From Octopus sinensis (taxonomy: Eukaryota), in assembly GCF_006345805.1 (NCBI RefSeq), contig NC_043014.1, positions 3,658,001 through 3,722,000 of the forward strand: a stretch of 64,000 nt of DNA, read 5' to 3'. The position numbers were made by a program, and so were the translations under genes. A model generated the notes under the pieces. It was not told the origin of the DNA. It saw only the letters and a program-made list of their open reading frames with translations, and did no database searches. The stretch's first letter is position 1; every line of letters starts with the position of its first letter. Shown piece after piece: positions 57,333-64,000 of the stretch.

Positions 57333-58129
57333 TATATTTATATATATTTGTGACAATAAAAATGATTAAGTTCTTCTTTTATAGATATGTAGACCATATT
57401 ATCAATTCCTGGTAACTGATTGGTCAATTACAAATATCAGCTTGGTGTTTGGGCGCGAAGAGAGTCCGTTTCCTGACAGAAGACTAGTATGGCCACCCCA
57501 TTAAGGTCTTTGACGCCATTCCACTCAATCAATACTTCTTGCGGTTATCAAAGTGGGCACGGGAGTCTCCCCGTAAGACAAATGACTTTACCCCAAATAT
57601 ATCCAAAGCTGCAGTGAATTTGTTAAGGAAGCATTTGTATTTGCCCTCGCTATTGGGTACATTTACTTCCAGCAGCTACACCACTCCTTCATTCTGCTTG
57701 AGCTTCAGGAGGTATCCCTTAATACCTAGTGAGATTCACTTCATAATCCAATCCGAAAGCCAGGGATTGTGAGCATCCCACTTCCGCCTGTGCAGACATA
57801 GTTGGCACCACGCCTGCACGGTGGAGTTTCCAGCCTACTTCCAATTGTACGCCTCCGAAGTAATGAAGCTTTCTTGAGGAGACACCGATATAGCGTTTTA
57901 TCTCATCCGGTTTTGACAGTCTAATTCTTAATTATGAACGGTTGATCCCTCTGGACCTGCTTCGGGGTCATGGAACACGCATATTTTGTATTCCCTCCCC
58001 ATGCATCCAAGATTAAGTTGGGTGGAGACTGCAATATATTTCCCGAATGGACTCCTCCACTCAAGATCCAGACGCAACGGGTTTTATCCCACTCGATGGA
58101 TGACGCGGTATGGCTATTCCTTGGAGCCC

Positions 58130-59570
58130 TTAGCGTACTGTATGTATATGTTGCAAACACCGAGGTCAAATACAAATCAATCCTAAGCAAATTCACGTCA
58201 GCTTTAGATATATTTGGGGTAAAGTCATTTGTCCTGCAAGGAGACTTCAGTGCACACCTTGGCACTGATAACCGTGAGAAGGATTGATTGGAAGGAATGT
58301 CGTCAGTGAACTTAATGGAGAGGTCATAGCAGTCTTCTGTGCAGGATACACACTCTCCTCTCTATGGTATAGATATTATTTGAAGACAGGGATATTTATA
58401 AGGGTGCCTGGTATAGAAATACTTGGTGACAGAGGTTTTTGATAGATTTCGGTCATCTTTCACTCTTTGCTGAAATTCGGGTAAATGGAGGGGTGGAGTT
58501 GTCAACTCGTCACTACCTAAATGTCTAAAAACCTGAAAATTCCTAGTCTGCCGAACGCTGGAAATTGGTAAGTACAGTGCGACCTACAGAATACAGTTGG
58601 AACCGCAGAGAATGCTGGGATCAGAAACCAAAATGTGGAGACTTTTGCATCCAAATTGAGAGTGACCCGCCTGATTGAAATTGGACCTAGAAATGGATTC
58701 GTTATCGTATAATTTTTGGGGGCACTTTCTTCTTCGGTTGAACGCTTATTTTAGCTAAATTCACTTAAAAGTGATAAAGCTGCTGGTGAAAAGCACGTTC
58801 GGCTATGTGGATGGGACCTATGTGGATGAGACCTCTGGAAAACACACCAAGGCAATGGTAATATGGGGTGACAATCACAATTTTTTCAAACAGAGACCAA
58901 AGTGTGTGTTTAGTTAGAGAAAAGTCTACACTAGATGTGAGGGAAAGATATGTAGGGAAATTGTCGTGCCCAAGATTACTATCCTGGACGCTGTACGCTC
59001 GACCAGATAGTCGTTCAAAGATAGATATTCCAGCAAACGTTGAAGCATTTCCAAGAGGAATACGCTGTAAACCATGAAAAGGCACAAGATCACGTGCCCT
59101 GAGGCATGTTGCGGATGGTTTACCAGGAAGTTGAGTTGAACGGGCGAATATGGATGCTCAAATGAGTGTATTTATGCAAAAGTCGAAAGTTTTCAACGTG
59201 AAGGTTTCACTTAGTTGAAGTGTGCATTGTTAGTGCCCCTTCTCACATTCTTTTTTGTGATCTGGTTGAATATGCGCAGCCATTGTGGTAGAGGTATCCC
59301 AATTCATCTCTACGTGATCGGTCGACTGTTATTTGTAGACGACATGCTGCTACCTGATTCGTCTGATGGTCACCAACAACGTGCACTGAATGGGTTGGCT
59401 GCCGAGTACCCTAAGGCAGGATTGACAAATACGCACTGTGTTGGAAAGTGGAACATCATTATTTCGGGTCTCTGTTCACGAATGATTGGTAACACAAGAG
59501 TGGACAGAATGCTGAATTGTAGATATAAACGCAGTGAAGCGCCAGCTCGGGCATTTGATTCTCAGATGAA
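58130..59570 (+). mobile_element. Degenerate RTE-clade LINE, paralogous copy
   Basis: ORFs 57970-58287 (GDFSAHLG) and 59215-59688 (RLLFVDDMLL). Confidence 0.75.
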
Positions 59571-60039
59571 GAGTGGGGCTCGCTCTGGGTGCTCTAATTT
59601 TTTTACAGTGAACGTACCGGCCGCCTCGGACACTCGGCGAAGGGCACCCTCGGGGGCACCGTGCGGGCAGAAACAATTCTCGACGTAGAACGGCATATGT
59701 ACTCATACACACACAATAAATATCATAGTATATTAGAGTAACATTTTATTTAGGAAATTATTGTAAAGTAGAACGTATTTCGAAATAAATTCAGGCAAGT
59801 GTCTTAGTATATATTATTGTGGACATATGGATAGTAATGTGGAATTAATTCAAAGTTGGTGAAATTATAAATCATTGGTTAAGGAGACACGGGTAAAAGA
59901 CTTTAGCCGTAAAATTAGTTCTTACTTGGTGTGTCATCAGGTTTATCGTCGAGAGATTTCTTGGAGATGAAACGGTTCTGTGAATAAATAGAAATAGCAT
60001 CATATAAATAGAACTTCAGGGTATTTATTATCGTTTAGA

Positions 60040-60329
60040 ACTTAAAACAATGCAATGGATGACAACATATTCGGACAGGTATCATTGCCGGCAATACCAT
60101 CTCTACCCCTTAGGAACGTTCTAGAAGGCGCTTCCATCCCGTCAAACGATTTTCTGAACAACATCAGAGAATACAACTCTGAATTTCAAATGACATCGTT
60201 TGGTGAATCTAAGAAGATAGATAAACATGAATTTACGCCGAGGTCAAAGTTCAAGGGCAAGTCTATCCCCTCATTGGTTCCCTGGTACCTGCGAATGAAC
60301 AACCACAGTTCCGCGAAATTTGCTCTATG

Positions 60330-60330
<1 letters not shown>
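60040..60330 (+). mobile_element. Helitron coding fragment
   Basis: GQVSLPAIPSLPLRNVLEG...FLNNIREYNSEFQMTSFG. Confidence 0.7.
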
Positions 60331-60783
<453 letters not shown>

Positions 60784-60816
60784 TATACATATATATATAC
60801 ACACACATATTTCTAC

Positions 60817-60866
<50 letters not shown>

Positions 60867-60963
60867 TATATAAATATAAGTGTAGCAAAAAATTCTAGAA
60901 AAAATTCTCTGCTACCAGCGGTCTAGTGAGAAAGAAAAGATAGTCAAAGACTATATACTATAC

Positions 60964-61421
60964 ATTCAACAATATAAGGAATGGCCATAATAGGACATTC
61001 GACTCACTAGAAAGTGCAGCCAAACTCAAACCGCAAATTAGTTGTAATTCTGAAATAGAAAGAGAAATAAAAACGTTTCCCCTTTCATCTCTGGACTATG
61101 CATAGTTTCTGCAAACTTTGTAAACAAATTAATTAAATTACATATATTTACATCTGGCGTGCCGCGTCAGCAGAGAAGCCTATGATGAGTATATGTCCAC
61201 GAGGCGATGGTAAAAAAGCCTCCAGTCCATATGCTCTAAATTTTCAAAATTCTACCGCAATCGCGATGTCTTTCAGCAGCAAATATAAACTGCTGATTTA
61301 ATTTCAAAATTAGCCAAAAAATCATTAATTAATAAATATAAGGGTATTTAGCGGTTTGAGTTTGGCTGCTCCTTCTAGTAAGTCGAATGTCCTATTATGA
61401 CCATTCCTTATATTGTTGAAT
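60964..61421. mobile_element. ~460-bp MITE-like insertion with ~70-bp TIRs, unit 5 only
   Basis: ATTCAACAATATAAGGAATGG...AAACCGC at 60964-61034 mirrors 61351-61421. Confidence 0.8.
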
Positions 61422-62196
61422 ATATATATATATATAATATATATATATTATATATATATATAATATATATGTCTGTACATATATGTACATATATATATAC
61501 ATGTATATAAATAGTTAAATTTAATTCAAACAAGAAAGCACAAAAAAACAACACGTGGAACAAATATAGTATTATTGGACGTTCAGGAAAGATGGAAAGA
61601 AGGAAGGTTTAACATTTGGGGTGGAGCTCTTCGTCGGAAACATACGAGAAGGAAAGATCCAGGGGAGGGATGACAGGGGAAAACAATCGCCAACGGTACA
61701 CGCGCGGTCACATTTTGAATGACCGGAAGAAAATGGGTGAAGAAAAGTTCTTTCAGAGACAGGAGAGAGGTAGAGGAGGAGGAATGTGTGTGTAAGTGTG
61801 GATATGTGCGGGCGCGGTGATCTGCGTGTGAGTGTGTGTGTATGTATGTGTGCAAGGATAACACGTGTGTGTGTGTGCATGTGTGTGTGTATGTGTGTGT
61901 GGTTGTGGCTGTTAATCTTTGCGTGTTGTAGGGTTAGTAGTGTTAAGGTCAAGGAGGAAGGAATTGGGCGTTGTTTTAGCCTTCAAATGACGCCACCCCA
62001 CTGGCTAAGCGAGCAGGCCAACAGAAGAAAGGGAGAAAGTTGCAGCGAAAGAGTACAGCAGAAAACACCAAAAACCCCTCCCTGAGCCCCGTGGATCTTT
62101 AAACACACACAACGCCCAGTCTGGGAATCGAAACCGAGATCCGACAACCGTGAGTCCGCTGCCCAAACCACTGAGCCACGGCGCCTCCACACAGTC

Positions 62197-62339
<143 letters not shown>

Positions 62340-62549
62340 ATTATGTGAAATAGAAAGATGAATAATCTTGTAGCAGATTAATCAAAAGTTTAACCGATAC
62401 CTTGGTAGCAAGAATCACAGCAGAAGACAGCACGGTTGGAGGTACAACCATATGGTGTTGCAACTGTGCGTTGGTGCGGATAATTGAAATTAAAATATTA
62501 TTGGTGATTGAAGAAATGGAGCTGAACGAAGATTGAACAGAAATCGTTT

Positions 62550-62640
62550 TATTTCATTCTACACGTGTTCGAAGGCACAATTTACCAAAATCCGATTGAA
62601 TAATGAGACCATATTGTGTCTTTCTCATCAGGAAGAAATA
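62550..62640 (-). ncRNA. Mirror hammerhead copy in the left arm, with the core GAAA shortened to GAA
   Basis: Reverse complement of 62808-62900, except TTTCGAAA is TTCGAA. Confidence 0.5.
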
Positions 62641-62807
62641 GGAAATCCGTTGGAAAAAACCAAAACAGAACAGAGGCGGAGCAAAACAAATCGAACTAGG
62701 CTCCTAAGAGCCCATAGCAGAACAGTTTTGCCATGTGCTCTTAGGAGCCTAGTTCGATTTGTTTTGCTCCGCCTCTGTTCTGTTTTGGTTTTTTCCAACG
62801 GATTTCC

Positions 62808-62900
62808 TATTTCTTCCTGATGAGAAAGACACAATATGGTCTCGTTATTCAATCGGATTTTGGTAAATTGTGCCTTTCGAAACACGTGTAGAATGAAATA
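62808..62900 (+). ncRNA. Type I hammerhead ribozyme motif in the right arm of the palindrome
   Basis: TATTTCTTC-CTGATGA-[GAAAGACACAAT...ATTGTGCCTTTC stem II]-GAAA-C-ACGT-G-TA-GAATGAAATA; short stem III with palindromic ACGT loop; GUA site at 62888-62890. Confidence 0.7.
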
Positions 62901-63706
62901 AAACGATTTCTGTTCAATCTTCGTTCAGCTCCATTTCTTCAATTCACCAATAATATTTAAATACATATCAATATATAGGTATACACGTACACATAAGCAT
63001 ACACACCATAAATATCACAAATATACGTATCTACTTATACGCATAGACACACACAGACGCACACATATATGTGAGTGGACGTACACTGTATAGTGTGGTT
63101 GTTCGTGTACAATTGAGCACGTGTGTCTGTGTGCGTGCGTATGTGTGTGTGTTTGTGTTTATTTGTGCGTGTGTTTGTCCGTGTGTCTGTGTGTATGTAT
63201 TTACATTCGTTCTTACATATTGTCATATCTAAAAACCAACGTGAATTACAGTCAAACATTACGAAATTCACCGATCTACATTGGCACTCGCACGTTTTAT
63301 TTTCAGTTGGAAAGAAAAGATTAAAAAAAACTCGCCTCACTTCCGTTCCTGATGGAGAGAAATAGATAAATGTGTGTAAATATGTACGTATTCCTATGTG
63401 TGCGTGTGTGTGTGTTTGTATGTGTCTGTTTCTGTGCGTGTGTGTAAGTGTACATCTAGATATAATACTTAACACTAATATTAATAGGGCTAAACGTTGC
63501 AGCGACAGGGCATGGCCATGCTAGAACCCCACCATTAGATTTTTTTCATTACGCACTTATTTCTCTCTCCAGGATTATGTCTGGTGAAAGAGCGATCGGA
63601 CAGGAGTACGATTCCACCCTTCTTTGTGTTTACTTGGGATGTGTGTTTATGTATATATATATATAGATATATATATATATATATCCATACACACACACAC
63701 AGACAC

Positions 63707-63753
<47 letters not shown>

Positions 63754-63909
63754 TAGAGATAGATATGTAGATAAATAGATAGATAGATAGAACGATATAT
63801 AAATAGATAGATAGATATGTAGATAAATAGATTGATAGATAGATATGTATGTACATACATACGTAACTATATATGTGTGTATGTATATATGATATGTATA
63901 TATAATATA

Positions 63910-63942
<33 letters not shown>

Positions 63943-63943
63943 A

Positions 63944-63981
<38 letters not shown>

Positions 63982-64000
63982 ATTTATGTGTGTGTGTGTG

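Larger units (their letters stand above)
62493..62958. repeat. Near-perfect palindrome (~220-bp arms, 25-nt spacer), probably an inverted Penelope-like terminal repeat
   Basis: 62493-62711 is the reverse complement of 62737-62958; the ORF track shows mirror-image ORFs 62533-62820 and 62628-62885. Confidence 0.95.

Noticed and set aside
62817-62843. Alternative ultra-minimal hammerhead fold CTGATGA-GAAA-GAC...GTC-TC
   Set aside because: No stem II linker and no stem I; the fold using GAAA at 62879 satisfies all three stems

Overview
Eukaryotic, AT-rich, microsatellite-saturated genomic DNA, probably octopus/cephalopod (inferred from the SINE families and the CA/TA/CATA/TAGA load). The window is a tandem array of ~13.5-17 kb units. 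Each unit carries a minus-strand gene with three recognisable exons: an N-terminal signal-anchor exon, a YTRWGRTTCP exon, and a 10-Cys-domain terminal exon of the spongin short-chain collagen / collagen-IV NC1 (C4)-related family. No Gly-X-Y collagen region is visible. Copies seen are 0 (exon 1 only), A, B, C, D (orphan terminal exon) and E. They alternate between two types in a ~27 kb higher-order repeat, differ mainly in three short sequence patches, and only E is open in both exons visible here. Introns hold co-amplified RTE-LINE, Helitron and SINE debris plus copy-specific insertions in (TA)n tracts. Those insertions include Penelope-type hammerhead ribozyme motifs: one solo at 44853-44905 and an inverted pair in a ~465 bp palindrome at 62493-62958.
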